Assembly: GCA_964654205.1 (NCBI GenBank)
Contig: CAZZHR010000001.1
Span: forward strand, 65,953 to 129,952
From: an uncultured Candidatus Saccharibacteria bacterium
GTDB lineage: Bacteria > Patescibacteriota > Minisyncoccia > Phycocordibacterales > UBA2100
Length of the DNA: 64,000 nt
Direction: 5' to 3'
The notes below the pieces were generated by a model, which did no database searches, was not told the origin of the DNA, and was given only the letters and a program-made list of their open reading frames with translations. Both the position numbers and the translations under genes were made by a program. Of the stretch, positions 18,614 to 28,991 are shown piece after piece (the first letter of the stretch is position 1; every line of letters starts with the position of its first letter).

Positions 18614-19162
18614 TCACAGATCAAAGAGCTTCTTAAGAGCATTCTCATTATCTATCCGCTCCAGGACGCCGTAGAGAATATGAGGCGAAAGGCGCGACTC
18701 TTCTCTGATCAACTGTGCAAGTTCTTCGCAGTCGTGAGGAAATATCCACACGCTTTTCTGTAACTGCGCAAATCCTGCTCGCTGTAAGACACTCCGGACT
18801 TTCCGCCGTAAGTGTGCATGTCGCTCGGGGACGTCGAACGTAACAATGCGCCACTTCTTGTCCCACCGAGCCTTGCCGAGAAGTTTTCGCGTTGAATCGG
18901 AGAGTATACCGAGTGCGGAACGGCCGAAATTAGTAAGAAAGAGTCGGTCTCCCTTGCGCTCGATGTACTGCTCGTCGACAAGCCGATCAATCGCGCACTT
19001 TCTTCTATATCGATATGCGGCGCGCTCTCTGGCCATTCGGTACATTCGCCCTGTCGAGTGAGCAGAGAGAAGAAAACCGTAGAGCAGGTCGCCTGCGGTA
19101 AGCTCATGCATCATTGAGAGCTCTATACTGCCCAACCGTCGCGCCTTTCGAATTCGAGACAT
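18614..19162 (-). CDS. PaaX-family-like putative transcriptional regulator (wHTH plus 'W.KKWR..FD.PER' middle domain), paralog 1
   Basis: 'WDKKWRIVTFDVPERHAHLRRKVRSVLQRAGFAQLQKSVWIFPHDCEE' parallels the E. coli PaaX 'WDGKWLLLL..' region. The pattern is shared with ORF 59026..59589. Confidence 0.55.
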   Translation of the reverse strand: MSRIRKARRLGSIELSMMHELTAGDLLYGFLLSAHSTGRMYRMARERAAYRYRRKCAIDRLVDEQYIERKGDRLFLTNFGRSALGILSDSTRKLLGKARWDKKWRIVTFDVPERHAHLRRKVRSVLQRAGFAQLQKSVWIFPHDCEELAQLIREESRLSPHILYGVLERIDNENALKKLFDL

Positions 19163-19227
19163 TGGTGCAGTATAGCATCTTTCAATGTCCGAGCGGACAC
19201 TGGACGATGGTATGGTACACTCGCGGC

Positions 19228-19893
19228 ATGAGCGCGGTGAAAATGGAGCCGAGCTGGAAAGCGCGTCTTTCCGAAGAATTCGAACAGGAATATTTTAAAC
19301 AGCTCACCGATTTCGTTCGTGAGGAATACAAGCGTGCCACAGTGTATCCACATCCTGCAAAAATCTTTCGCGCGTTCGACGAGACTCCGTTTAGCAAGGT
19401 AAAGGTGGTCATCTTGGGCCAGGACCCGTACCATGGCGAAGGCCAGGCCAACGGCCTGTGCTTTGCGGTGAATTCCGGCGTGCGGCCGCCACCATCACTT
19501 CAAAATATTTGGAAAGAATTGGAATCGGACTTGGGCAAACCTGTTGTGCGCGACCCAGACCTCTCAAGGTGGGCAAAGCAGGGGGTACTTCTATTGAATG
19601 CGACGCTCACGGTCAACGCAAGGACTCCGGGGAGTCATCAGGGAAGAGGTTGGGAACAATTCACCGATGCAGCTATCAAGAAGCTGGCAGAGGAGCGCGA
19701 AGGCCTCGTTTTTATCCTCTGGGGCAACTATGCGAAGCAGAAGGGCTCGCATATAGATAGGGCGAAGCACCTGGTTATCGAGAGCGCGCATCCTTCCCCT
19801 TTTTCGGCCAATTATGGTTTTTTCGGCAGCAAACCATTCTCTCGCACCAACGACTATCTCGCGGGGCGCAATGAAGCCCCTATCGAATGGTAA
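19228..19893 (+). CDS. ung: Uracil-DNA glycosylase (family 1)
   Basis: 'KVVILGQDPYHGEGQANGLCFAV' water-activating loop and 'HPSPFSA' motif. Start taken at the internal Met MSAVKMEPSWK. Confidence 0.9.
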   Translation: MSAVKMEPSWKARLSEEFEQEYFKQLTDFVREEYKRATVYPHPAKIFRAFDETPFSKVKVVILGQDPYHGEGQANGLCFAVNSGVRPPPSLQNIWKELESDLGKPVVRDPDLSRWAKQGVLLLNATLTVNARTPGSHQGRGWEQFTDAAIKKLAEEREGLVFILWGNYAKQKGSHIDRAKHLVIESAHPSPFSANYGFFGSKPFSRTNDYLAGRNEAPIEW

Positions 19894-19941
19894 GAATCAG
19901 TCTTCAGAGGAGTCTCATAGGGGAGCATCCATCATGCGCGT

Positions 19942-20037
19942 ATGTCCCTCTTCTCGATTTTCGTCATATTTCTCCTCGTCGCTGTGTTTGGTGCGCTCAT
20001 CGCTGTGGCGATAGATGAGGAGTTCTGGCTCAAATAG
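19942..20037 (+). CDS. Candidate 31-aa hydrophobic micropeptide (MSLFSIFVIFLLVAVFGALIAVAIDEEFWLK)
   Basis: Single TM-like ORF between ung and the terminator. No clear SD. Confidence 0.2.
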   Translation: MSLFSIFVIFLLVAVFGALIAVAIDEEFWLK

Positions 20038-20085
20038 CGTCTGGCCAACTTGTTTTTTGGGACGTTTTCCGCTACATTGTGCCCA

Positions 20086-20105
20086 CCTGCCTGCCGGCAG
20101 GCAGG
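20086..20105. other. Perfect 20-bp palindrome CCTGCCTGCCGGCAGGCAGG
   Basis: Read directly. It lies just upstream of the ung/fusA intergenic terminator. Confidence 0.6.
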
Positions 20106-20114
20106 CGCCACTGG

Positions 20115-20140
20115 CACCGCCGACCGGCGGATTCTTTTTT
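20115..20140 (+). terminator. Rho-independent terminator (CCGCCGACCGGCGG plus ATTCTTTTTT)
   Basis: GC hairpin followed by a T-run, downstream of ung. Confidence 0.65.
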
Positions 20141-20178
20141 AGAGAACAGGCCTTAACGTAATTTTGAATACAGCACGT

Positions 20179-22320
20179 ATGAGTAGAGATTACCCACTCG
20201 AGAAAGTCCGCAACTTCGGCATCGTCGCGCACGTCGACGCAGGCAAGACGACCACGTCGGAGCGCATCCTCTACTACACCGGAGAGAGCCACAAAATAGG
20301 CGAGGTGCACGAGGGCAACACGGTCACCGACTGGATGGAGCAGGAGCGCGAGCGCGGCATCACCATCACGGCAGCTGCTATTACGTGTTTCTGGAACCCC
20401 TCGTACATGGGCGCTGACACCTCGTACAAACATCGCTTCAACATCATCGACACCCCGGGACACATCGACTTCACTTCTGAAGTGAAGAGAAGCATGCGCG
20501 TGCTCGACGGTGCGGTCGTCGTATTCGACGGTGTCGCGGGCGTGGAGCCGCAGTCGGAGACCAACTGGCGTTATGCTGAGGAGGCAGAGGTGCCCCGCAT
20601 CTGCTACATCAACAAGCTCGACCGCACCGGCGCATCGTTTGAAAAGTCGTACGCTTCGATTCTCGACAGGCTTTCCACGAAAGCCGTTCGTCTCCAGATT
20701 CCTATCGGTCTCGAAGATCAGTTTGAGGCGGTCATCGATGTTCTCGAAATGAAGGCGTATCGCTTCGAGGGTGAGATGGGAAAGAACGTCGTGCCGTTCG
20801 AGATTCCGGATCAGTACAAAGCCGATGCGGAGAAGTATCACAACGAAATTGTTGAGCGCATCGTCGAGACCGACGACGCACTTATGGCCGAGTTCCTCGA
20901 CGGTAAGAAGCCCTCTCTCGAGGTGCTCAAAAAAGCACTTCGCCAGGCCGTCGTCACCAACAAAATCTTTCCCGTCCTCACGGGCTCGTCGCTCAAGAAC
21001 AAGGGTGTGCAGCGCGTACTCGATGCGGTGGTGGATTACCTCCCGTCTCCCCTCGACTTGCCGCAGGCAAGAGGCGTGAACCCCGACACCGGCGCAGAAG
21101 AGACCCGCCCAGCCGACGACTCAGCACCGTTTAGCGCACTCGTCTTCAAGCTCCAGGTAGACCCGTTCGTCGGTGCGCTCACGTTCTTCCGCGTATACTC
21201 CGGCTCTATCAACACCGGCGACACCGTCTACAACTCCGCCAACAATAAAAAAGAGCGCATCGGCCGCATGGTGCGCCTCCAGGCCGACAAGCGCGAGGAA
21301 ATAAAGAGCGTGCACGCGGGTGAAATCGCCGCCGTGGTCGGCATGAAAGAGGTGAAAATCGGCCACACGCTCTGCGTCGCAGACCACCCTATCGTGCTCG
21401 AGAGCATTGTCTTTCCGGAGCCGGTGGTCTCGATGCGCGTGGAGCCGAAGACGAAGGCGGACCAAGAGAAGATGGGCATCGCCCTCTCCAAGCTCTCCGA
21501 CGAAGACCCGACGTTCCGCGTCCACTCCGACCCTGAGACCATGGAGACGATTATCTCGGGCATGGGTGAGCTGCACCTGGACATCATCGTCGACCGCATG
21601 AAGCGCGAATTCAGCGTCGAAGCGACGACAGGCAAGCCGCAGGTCGCGTACCGCGAGACTATCCAGGGTCAGAGCGACGTGGAGTACAAGCACATCAAGC
21701 AGACAGGCGGCCGCGGCCAGTACGGACACGTGAAAATCAAGGTCAAGCCGCTCGAGCCGGTCGTCGAGGGTGAGAAGGTCAAGAACAATGTCGACCGCGA
21801 AGAGCACTTCGAGTTTATCAACAACATCAAGGGTGGCGTCATTCCGCAGGAGTACATCCCGGCCGTCAAGAAAGGCCTCAAAGAGGGTATGGAGCGGGGC
21901 GTTCTCGCTGGTTTCCCGCTGGTAGACGTGTCGGTCGACCTCTACGACGGCAGCTACCACGATGTCGACTCGTCGGAAATCGCCTTCAAGCTCGCGGCAC
22001 TCAACGCGTTCCAAGAAGCGATACAGAAGGCGAAGCCGGTCATTCTCGAGCCGATTATGAAGCTCGAAGTCGTCATGCCCGAGAAATTCATGGGCGACGT
22101 GACTGGTATGATCAACTCGAAGCGCGGCACAATCGAAGCGATGGGCGAGCGAGGCCAGGCCCGCGTCGTCACTGCGAAGGTCCCACTCTCCGAGATGTTC
22201 GGCTTCACCACGCAGCTCCGCTCACTCACGGAAGGCCGCGGCGTCCCGAATCTCGAGTTCTCGCACTACGCAGTAGTTCCGCGCAATGTGCAGGACGAAA
22301 TAGTGACCTCAAGAAAGTAA
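20179..22320 (+). CDS. fusA: Elongation factor G
   Basis: '[16 protein letters not shown]' G1 motif, 'DTPGHIDF' and 'NKLDR', with full-length EF-G domain pattern. Confidence 0.97.
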   Translation: MSRDYPLEKVRNFGIVAHVDAGKTTTSERILYYTGESHKIGEVHEGNTVTDWMEQERERGITITAAAITCFWNPSYMGADTSYKHRFNIIDTPGHIDFTSEVKRSMRVLDGAVVVFDGVAGVEPQSETNWRYAEEAEVPRICYINKLDRTGASFEKSYASILDRLSTKAVRLQIPIGLEDQFEAVIDVLEMKAYRFEGEMGKNVVPFEIPDQYKADAEKYHNEIVERIVETDDALMAEFLDGKKPSLEVLKKALRQAVVTNKIFPVLTGSSLKNKGVQRVLDAVVDYLPSPLDLPQARGVNPDTGAEETRPADDSAPFSALVFKLQVDPFVGALTFFRVYSGSINTGDTVYNSANNKKERIGRMVRLQADKREEIKSVHAGEIAAVVGMKEVKIGHTLCVADHPIVLESIVFPEPVVSMRVEPKTKADQEKMGIALSKLSDEDPTFRVHSDPETMETIISGMGELHLDIIVDRMKREFSVEATTGKPQVAYRETIQGQSDVEYKHIKQTGGRGQYGHVKIKVKPLEPVVEGEKVKNNVDREEHFEFINNIKGGVIPQEYIPAVKKGLKEGMERGVLAGFPLVDVSVDLYDGSYHDVDSSEIAFKLAALNAFQEAIQKAKPVILEPIMKLEVVMPEKFMGDVTGMINSKRGTIEAMGERGQARVVTAKVPLSEMFGFTTQLRSLTEGRGVPNLEFSHYAVVPRNVQDEIVTSRK

Positions 22321-22340
22321 GCAACGCCTGTCCCGTAGCC

Positions 22341-22363
22341 AAAGCCCGCGTATGCGGGCTTTG
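22341..22363 (+). terminator. Rho-independent terminator (AAGCCCGC-GTAT-GCGGGCTT plus T)
   Basis: Immediately after the fusA stop. Confidence 0.65.
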
Positions 22364-22605
22364 TGGTACCGGAGTACAAGATGAGATCGTGGCGAATCGG
22401 AAATAGCAACGTGTGCCTCAAGCGCATTTCCATTTCGCGAGCATCGAATACGACGGGGTGAGATGAATCACTGGAAGATATCACAGGCGTAAGAGTGTGC
22501 GCTTTGCGGCCGCGCAATATTTCCCGATCCACAGTACATAGACATTTCATTGATCTCGGTGGGGGTAAGTCCCAACAGTATGTCTTCGCGGGCTATAATT
22601 GAGAT

Positions 22606-24393
22606 ATGAGGTTATATGCCGTCGTGCTCCTCCTCGTGTTGGCGCTGCCGTCGACTGCACGTGCAAGCTACGAACTCATCACGACGACGGGCACGTGGAC
22701 AGTCCCGCCAGGCGTGTATTCACTCAATGTGTTTGCGGTAGGCGGAGGAGGCGGCGGCGGCGGAAATGCGGCCGGGTGGGGAAGCGGCGGTGGTGGCGGG
22801 TGCGGCGGTGCAATCAACGGGACAAGCATCAACGTGAGCCCCGGCCAGCAGATCGCAGTCACTGTCGGTGCGGGCGGCCTCGGCGGGCAGGGCGCCGGCA
22901 ACGGTTCGAGCGGCGGCACGACAAGTTTCGGATCATACCTATCGGCTGCGGGGGGGAGTTGGGGAAGGAGCGGATACTACAATTTATATGGTAGCTACTA
23001 CGGTGGTTCGGGGGGAGGCTCTAGTGGAGGCGGCGGCGGCAACGGCTGGTCGGGGTTCTATGCGATTCCGGGAGATGGTGGCACTGCGGGGGGTGCTACC
23101 AATAGTCATGGTGCGGGGGGCGATTGTATAGGTGGCGGATGGAGTGTAAACCCCGCGAGTTTCATTACGCAGGCCGCGTGGAGCGCTGGTGTAGGCGGTG
23201 ACGTACCCCAAAGTTACAACTACTACGGCGGTGGCGGTGGCGGAGGTGTCGTAATCGCTGGAAGTGCTGTACAGGGCGGGAGCGAGGGCGGCACGCCGGG
23301 CGGCTCAGGATACGGCGGTGGCGGCGGCGGCCACTGCTGGACATGCGGAGTCTCGGGGAATGGAGGGAGTGGCGCGAGCGGCGTCGTGTACGTGGAGTAC
23401 ATTGATCCGCCCCCCTCATGCACGATCTCGCTGGCACCGAGCAGTGTCAATGAGCCTGGTTCCGCCACCCTCTCGTGGAACTCTACGAGCGGCCAGAGCT
23501 TTTACATATCAAACGTCGGATACGTCTCGGCGAGCGGTTCGACGACCATCGCCCCCTCGCTTACCACGACCTACAACGGGACAGTAGAGGGTTTGGGCGG
23601 TACTGCCACGTGCGAGAACACGCTGACGGTCAATGCGCTCTGTACGCTCGATGGAGAAGAAGTCTCCCACGGTTCGTCGATTACGGCGTACGAGAGCGAG
23701 ACCGTGCCGTACGGAGAAGGGTGTGCGTCGGAGGTGCGCACGTGTACGAATGGAACGCTCTCGGGCGCGTTCGCGTACACATCCTGCGTGGTGGACGAAC
23801 CAGCTTCGTGTACGCTTGATGGTGTTACTGTCGCACATGGCGACTCGCGCACCTTCTACTCTGTCTCGGACGCCGTAGCGGGGCAGCTCTGTTCCGATCA
23901 CGCGCTCAGCCGCACATGCAACAACGGTGTCCTCTCCGGCAGCTCCGCGTACGAGTACGCCACATGCGGCTGCACGCCCTTTTACTCGTGCTCAGGTCAG
24001 ACTATCCAATACACCAACGACCTGTGTAGCACATCACCCGTGACCACGTGCGTCACCCCGTTCTTCTGTTCGTCGGGTGCTGCCGTGTGTCTCAATGCGC
24101 CGCCTTCGTTCAATGCGCAGGGATCATTCTCAGGTCACCTACAGATTCGACCGCAGATTCTTCCTGTAGGAGGGCGCGCACGTGTGCACTGGGATCTTTC
24201 CAACGTGGAGAGCTGCACGGTTGAGGGCAGCAACGGCGACTCGTGGACGGGCGAGGCGTCGGGGGCGAGCGGCAGGCAGACGTCGCCTATCGTGCAACAC
24301 ACCCGCTACACACTCCTCTGCGAGGGCTCAGATGGCTCGTCGGTATCGGAATCTCAGGTCGTGAACATCCTTCCCGTGTTCCTCGAGCGCTGA
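22606..24393 (+). CDS. Secreted glycine-rich-domain protein (copy A) with Cys-rich middle region and conserved C-terminal module
   Basis: Signal peptide MRLYAVVLLLVLALPSTARA. 'TWTVPPGVYSLNVFAVGGGGGGGGNAAGWGSGGGGGCGG' glycine-rich motif. Paralogous to 29464..31179. The C-terminal ~80 aa are shared with 41256..42218. A perfect TATAAT lies 6 nt upstream of the ATG. Confidence 0.7.
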   Translation: MRLYAVVLLLVLALPSTARASYELITTTGTWTVPPGVYSLNVFAVGGGGGGGGNAAGWGSGGGGGCGGAINGTSINVSPGQQIAVTVGAGGLGGQGAGNGSSGGTTSFGSYLSAAGGSWGRSGYYNLYGSYYGGSGGGSSGGGGGNGWSGFYAIPGDGGTAGGATNSHGAGGDCIGGGWSVNPASFITQAAWSAGVGGDVPQSYNYYGGGGGGGVVIAGSAVQGGSEGGTPGGSGYGGGGGGHCWTCGVSGNGGSGASGVVYVEYIDPPPSCTISLAPSSVNEPGSATLSWNSTSGQSFYISNVGYVSASGSTTIAPSLTTTYNGTVEGLGGTATCENTLTVNALCTLDGEEVSHGSSITAYESETVPYGEGCASEVRTCTNGTLSGAFAYTSCVVDEPASCTLDGVTVAHGDSRTFYSVSDAVAGQLCSDHALSRTCNNGVLSGSSAYEYATCGCTPFYSCSGQTIQYTNDLCSTSPVTTCVTPFFCSSGAAVCLNAPPSFNAQGSFSGHLQIRPQILPVGGRARVHWDLSNVESCTVEGSNGDSWTGEASGASGRQTSPIVQHTRYTLLCEGSDGSSVSESQVVNILPVFLER

Positions 24394-24399
24394 TGGTGC

Positions 24400-24903
24400 G
24401 TGTCGTACAGATATAATCTAGCTATGCACATGACACAGAAAGAACTCTATCTCGGTGTAGGCGCGCTCGTCGTGATTGCGCTGTCTTTCTACCTGCTCTA
24501 TGCCGAAAGTGGTCTCGAGGCAATACGCGGCAGCGATCATCAGGAGCAGGAGGTGCCCGCGATGACAGCGCTCATGAAAGAGGTGCTCGAGAAGAGCACA
24601 GGCTTCCAACTCCTCGTCTCCTACACAGATCGCGGATTCGAGCCCGCGCACGCGTCGATCAAAGTGGGTGATGCGGTACGTTTTACCAACAACTCCTCAC
24701 GAGAACTCTGGGTGTCGTCTGCTGCGGTACACAGCGCCAACATATACCCGGGCGGCGCAGACTCGTGTGGGCAAAGCTCGTTCGACTCATGCGTGACGCT
24801 CCAGCCGAAGGAATTTTGGGAGTTTACGTTTGAAGAATCTGGCAGGTGGGGATACATCAACGTCGCGGAAACTTCTCACAGCGCCGCACTCGAGGTGATT
24901 TAG
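24400..24903 (+). CDS. Small membrane-anchored beta-sandwich (cupredoxin-like) protein, copy A
   Basis: N-terminal TM helix, then 'LLVSYTDRGFEPAHASIKVGDAVRFTNNSS'. Paralog of 28992..29453. It starts 6 bp after the glycine-rich gene. Confidence 0.55.
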   Translation: MSYRYNLAMHMTQKELYLGVGALVVIALSFYLLYAESGLEAIRGSDHQEQEVPAMTALMKEVLEKSTGFQLLVSYTDRGFEPAHASIKVGDAVRFTNNSSRELWVSSAAVHSANIYPGGADSCGQSSFDSCVTLQPKEFWEFTFEESGRWGYINVAETSHSAALEVI

Positions 24904-24943
24904 CAATTCTTGACGCTCTAGGTCAGTTTGTTACACTGCCCCC

Positions 24944-24969
24944 ACGCACGCTCTGTGCGTATTCTTTTG
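24944..24969 (+). terminator. Terminator (CGCACG-CTCT-GTGCG plus TATTCTTTTG)
   Basis: Hairpin plus T-tract after the 24400..24903 gene. Confidence 0.55.
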
Positions 24970-25118
24970 CCCGGATGTGTCTTCGTGCGGATTAGCGACC
25001 CGCATGAAAGCGAAGATAAAGCCGCAGGAGAAGTACCGGAGCACTCAACGCGTTGGCACAATTATTAGTGGTCTGTTAGCTAGTCCCTAACAGCTACAAG
25101 CTATAAGCTATTAATCAT

Positions 25119-26318
<1,200 letters not shown>

Positions 26319-26342
26319 TTTCCTCCCTAGGAACTCGCTAAG

Positions 26343-26370
26343 AAAACCCGCCAGCAATGGCGGGTTTTCT
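26343..26370 (+). terminator. Rho-independent terminator (AAAACCCGCCA-GCAA-TGGCGGGTTTT)
   Basis: Immediately after the tuf stop. Confidence 0.75.
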
Positions 26371-26423
26371 CATGCACAGAGCTGTATTGTGCTCAGGTGC
26401 GCCGATTGTAGGATTATTCATAT

Positions 26424-26705
26424 ATGGCACTCATCAAATGCATGGAATGTGGCAAGGATGTCTCCGACCACGCAAAGTCCTGCCCAAATTGTGGTCATCC
26501 GGTAAATTCAATCGCCGTCACGACAGTAGAGCTGACAAGCAAGAAGTGGAAAAAGCTTACACTTATAGCCTTTGGGCTACTTGTCGTTGGTATTCCACTG
26601 GTACTCATGGGGGAAGGGTATGCAATTGCTGGTTCGTATTTGCTCTTTGGCGCCCTAGTTGTTTGGATAGCTGCGCGAGTCGGTGCGTGGTGGACGAATT
26701 CGTAG
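26424..26705 (+). CDS. Zinc-ribbon membrane protein (CxxC..CxxC N-terminus plus 2 TM helices)
   Basis: MALIKCMECGKDVSDHAKSCPNCGH followed by two hydrophobic helices. Confidence 0.6.
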   Translation: MALIKCMECGKDVSDHAKSCPNCGHPVNSIAVTTVELTSKKWKKLTLIAFGLLVVGIPLVLMGEGYAIAGSYLLFGALVVWIAARVGAWWTNS

Positions 26706-26762
26706 CTCGGCTCTCTGCTAATAGAGCGTCTTTCAAAAAACAGAGAGATATATGATACTGCC

Positions 26763-27635
26763 GTGATGCTAACTTCGCAGTATCTTCGGGACCTTTTCTC
26801 ATTCGATTTTCAAGATTTCAATAGCCCCATTCCGTGGCATGACGCAGCCGGAATTAGTCGCGTTCGGAAATACACTAACGGGTATGCCTCACTTTTCAAA
26901 TTGGGCACGGTGTCGAGTGAGTTAGCGAATGCCAGTTCGAGAAAAAAGCTTTGGGTAAGTATAAGTTACGGAGAAGAGACTGACGGTGGCATTAAGGTAT
27001 CGTCAGGGAATCGCTACACTGACCCCATTGACCTCGATTTCAGTGATGAGTTCTACTTTGACATGGGAACGCACGAGTTTTTTCGCGGTGAGAAAAAAAC
27101 AACGCCTCAACAAATACTAGACGAAGTAAATGAGGCGCACATGCGACCGCTGAAACCACTAGGTGGTTTCTATCTAAGATCTCGCCTTATCCTGTGGCGG
27201 TCAATCCTTCCGATGATTGTTCGGGTTTTTGATGTAGGCGCAATCCTTATTCTATATGTGGTTTCAGGAGAGCGGGTCAAAGATGACGTCATTAGCCGCC
27301 TGTTCGGGAGTTATCGAGATAGACCGGAAATTCCACTTAAGGACATCGAGTTCGAGAAGCCACAAACAATTAACTTCTTTGGATATCCCGCAAAGAGGTG
27401 GTCTGTCATCTTTTACTGCTTGATTCACCTACTTCTACTCTTTTGGTTGTATTTTGCCTATCCTGCCGCGTACCAGTTTATCCGTGACCACTCAGCAAAC
27501 AACTTTCTTGCGCTGCTATATGTCCCTGTGTCATTCGCTGTCTCAGAGGCATTATTACCGGGTCTTCTCAAAAGCCTTCTAAGAGGTACGCCGAAATTAT
27601 ATGGTGCGATTGCATTTCGCACGATTAAGGTCTAA
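26763..27635 (+). CDS. Hypothetical membrane protein encoded on a low-GC (about 45%) segment
   Basis: 290-aa ORF with C-terminal TM helices. GC is markedly lower than the flanks. Confidence 0.5.
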   Translation: MMLTSQYLRDLFSFDFQDFNSPIPWHDAAGISRVRKYTNGYASLFKLGTVSSELANASSRKKLWVSISYGEETDGGIKVSSGNRYTDPIDLDFSDEFYFDMGTHEFFRGEKKTTPQQILDEVNEAHMRPLKPLGGFYLRSRLILWRSILPMIVRVFDVGAILILYVVSGERVKDDVISRLFGSYRDRPEIPLKDIEFEKPQTINFFGYPAKRWSVIFYCLIHLLLLFWLYFAYPAAYQFIRDHSANNFLALLYVPVSFAVSEALLPGLLKSLLRGTPKLYGAIAFRTIKV

Positions 27636-27795
27636 CGAAGCCAGGCATTTTCTAGAGACTCGCTCTTTGAGCGTCTCCTATAAAAACGGCTTAAAAGCCG
27701 CAAGAATTCGGGGGCGTAAAATCAAAGACCGCGGCGGATTGACCTTTCCCCTCGATTGCGGAAGTATTCCCGGTAGCAAACGTGGAGATAATCCA

Positions 27796-27981
27796 ATGTC
27801 GACGAAAGATAGAGGCTACGAAGGCGAGGCGTGTAGCGACTGTGGTGCCTTCACGCTCTTGCGTAATGGCACCTTCGTCAAGTGCGACACGTGCGGTGCG
27901 ACATCGGGGGAAAGTGCACCCACAGCTCAGAAGCTTCCTCCCATCGGCACTGTCGAGGGTCCGAAGGGCAGCTTCTCGTAG
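27796..27981 (+). CDS. Small zinc-ribbon protein (61 aa)
   Basis: GGAGA RBS 6 nt upstream. 'CSDCGAF..CDTCGAT' double CxxC. Confidence 0.55.
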   Translation: MSTKDRGYEGEACSDCGAFTLLRNGTFVKCDTCGATSGESAPTAQKLPPIGTVEGPKGSFS

Positions 27982-28075
27982 CCCGTATGCGCTCGAAACA
28001 AATGCGCTCGAGCGGCCGCATTGGTGCGGCCGTTTTGTTTTGGAGATGGGAAAACAAAGTTGGTATAGTACGAAC

Positions 28076-28162
28076 ATGGCGATCAAGGGCATTCTGTTTG
28101 ACTTCGACGGTGTTGTCATCGAAGATGCGCATGACACGGTTCGCGTAATTCAGGGATTCTGA
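28076..28162 (+). pseudogene. Remnant of a HAD-superfamily hydrolase gene (28 codons, motif I only)
   Basis: MAIKGILFDFDGVVIEDAHDTVRVIQGF then a stop, i.e. the HAD motif I DxDG. It is preceded by an extended -10-like TGGTATAGT. Confidence 0.5.
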
Positions 28163-28248
28163 ATGCGTGCGCGGCTGCCGTGCCAGGCTTTTCAAGGACG
28201 ATAGAGCAGTGCATAGTGTAGATAGAACCACCCGAAAGGAGGCCAGGA

Positions 28249-28458
28249 ATGCAGATCCTTGCGGATTTGTTTCTCGCACTCATGCCGTGGTTGGCGAGTC
28301 CGCCCCCGCAGGTGGTCCGGCCGCACTCGGTGATTGTGCTCCCGCTGCGCGCTTCGCTGCCGCGCGAACGACCTCCCGAAGCGCCGCTTCGCCTGCAGAT
28401 CGGGCCGTACTTGGTGCCTGCGCAGACGGACGAGGAAGCAATGCGTTTCGTCGGTTGA
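28249..28458 (+). CDS. Hypothetical small protein (69 aa)
   Basis: AAGGAGG 7 nt upstream of the ATG. It is followed by an intrinsic terminator at 28478..28510. Confidence 0.4.
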   Translation: MQILADLFLALMPWLASPPPQVVRPHSVIVLPLRASLPRERPPEAPLRLQIGPYLVPAQTDEEAMRFVG

Positions 28459-28477
28459 GCATCTGTGATGCGCAAAA

Positions 28478-28510
28478 GGGGGCGTCCCGTGGGACGCCCC
28501 TTTCTTGTTT
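28478..28510 (+). terminator. Rho-independent terminator (GGGGCGTCC-CGTG-GGACGCCCC plus TTTCTTGTTT)
   Basis: Read directly. Confidence 0.7.
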
Positions 28511-28551
28511 GCCTTTTCTGGCGCTTTGGTGCATACTCCACCCGTTCTATG

Positions 28552-28914
28552 ACAGCGGAAAAGACGGCGAAAAAGCCTCGCGCGAAAGCCGCGAAGAAAG
28601 CAGAGGGCGCTTCACGCCTGCGCATACGCGTGCGTGCTTACGAGCACGGAGTCCTCGACCGCGCAGTCAAGCAGATTATCGATGTGGCTGCACGCCACAA
28701 TGCCGAAGTCGTCGGCCCCGTCCCGCTCCCCATTGATATCAAGAAATACACGGTCAACCGCTCGTCTTTCATCGACAAGGATTCCCGCGAGCAGTTTGAG
28801 ATGCGCATCCACAAAAGAATGATTGATATTTTGAATCCTGCCGCAAAAGTTATTGAAGCTCTGACGAATATAGACCTACCGTCTGGTGTGTCTATTGACG
28901 TAAAAATGATGTAG
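28552..28914 (+). CDS. rpsJ: 30S ribosomal protein S10 (with Lys/Ala-rich N-terminal extension)
   Basis: 'RLRIRVRAYEH..LD..V..I...A...A...GPVPLP' and 'HKRMIDIL' S10 pattern. Confidence 0.92.
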   Translation, partial: TAEKTAKKPRAKAAKKAEGASRLRIRVRAYEHGVLDRAVKQIIDVAARHNAEVVGPVPLPIDIKKYTVNRSSFIDKDSREQFEMRIHKRMIDILNPAAKVIEALTNIDLPSGVSIDVKMM

Positions 28915-28991
28915 CGCGGTAAGGTTGATCGCGCGTTTCAGTCACCAGATACCCACGCGCGCACGCTTGGGGGCGTGAGTGTGCGTTATAC

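Noticed and set aside
18614-19162. Calling the PaaX-like ORFs Cas2
   Set aside because: The beta-strand-D...R..L..GF..Q.SVW pattern is Cas2-like. However, each protein is ~180 aa with an N-terminal wHTH, it matches the PaaX 'WDGKW' region, and the window has no cas1 or repeat array. They are recorded as PaaX-family-like pending HMM confirmation.
19915-20841. 308-aa minus-strand ORF
   Set aside because: It overlaps fusA antisense. The Arg/Asp/His-rich composition is typical of shadow ORFs in GC-rich coding DNA.
21121-22014. 297-aa minus-strand ORF
   Set aside because: Antisense shadow of fusA.
28167-28736. 189-aa Arg-rich plus-strand ORF upstream of and overlapping rpsJ
   Set aside because: Low-complexity Arg/Ala composition. 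rpsJ is in a different frame with a clear S10 pattern. The region otherwise looks like decayed non-coding DNA.
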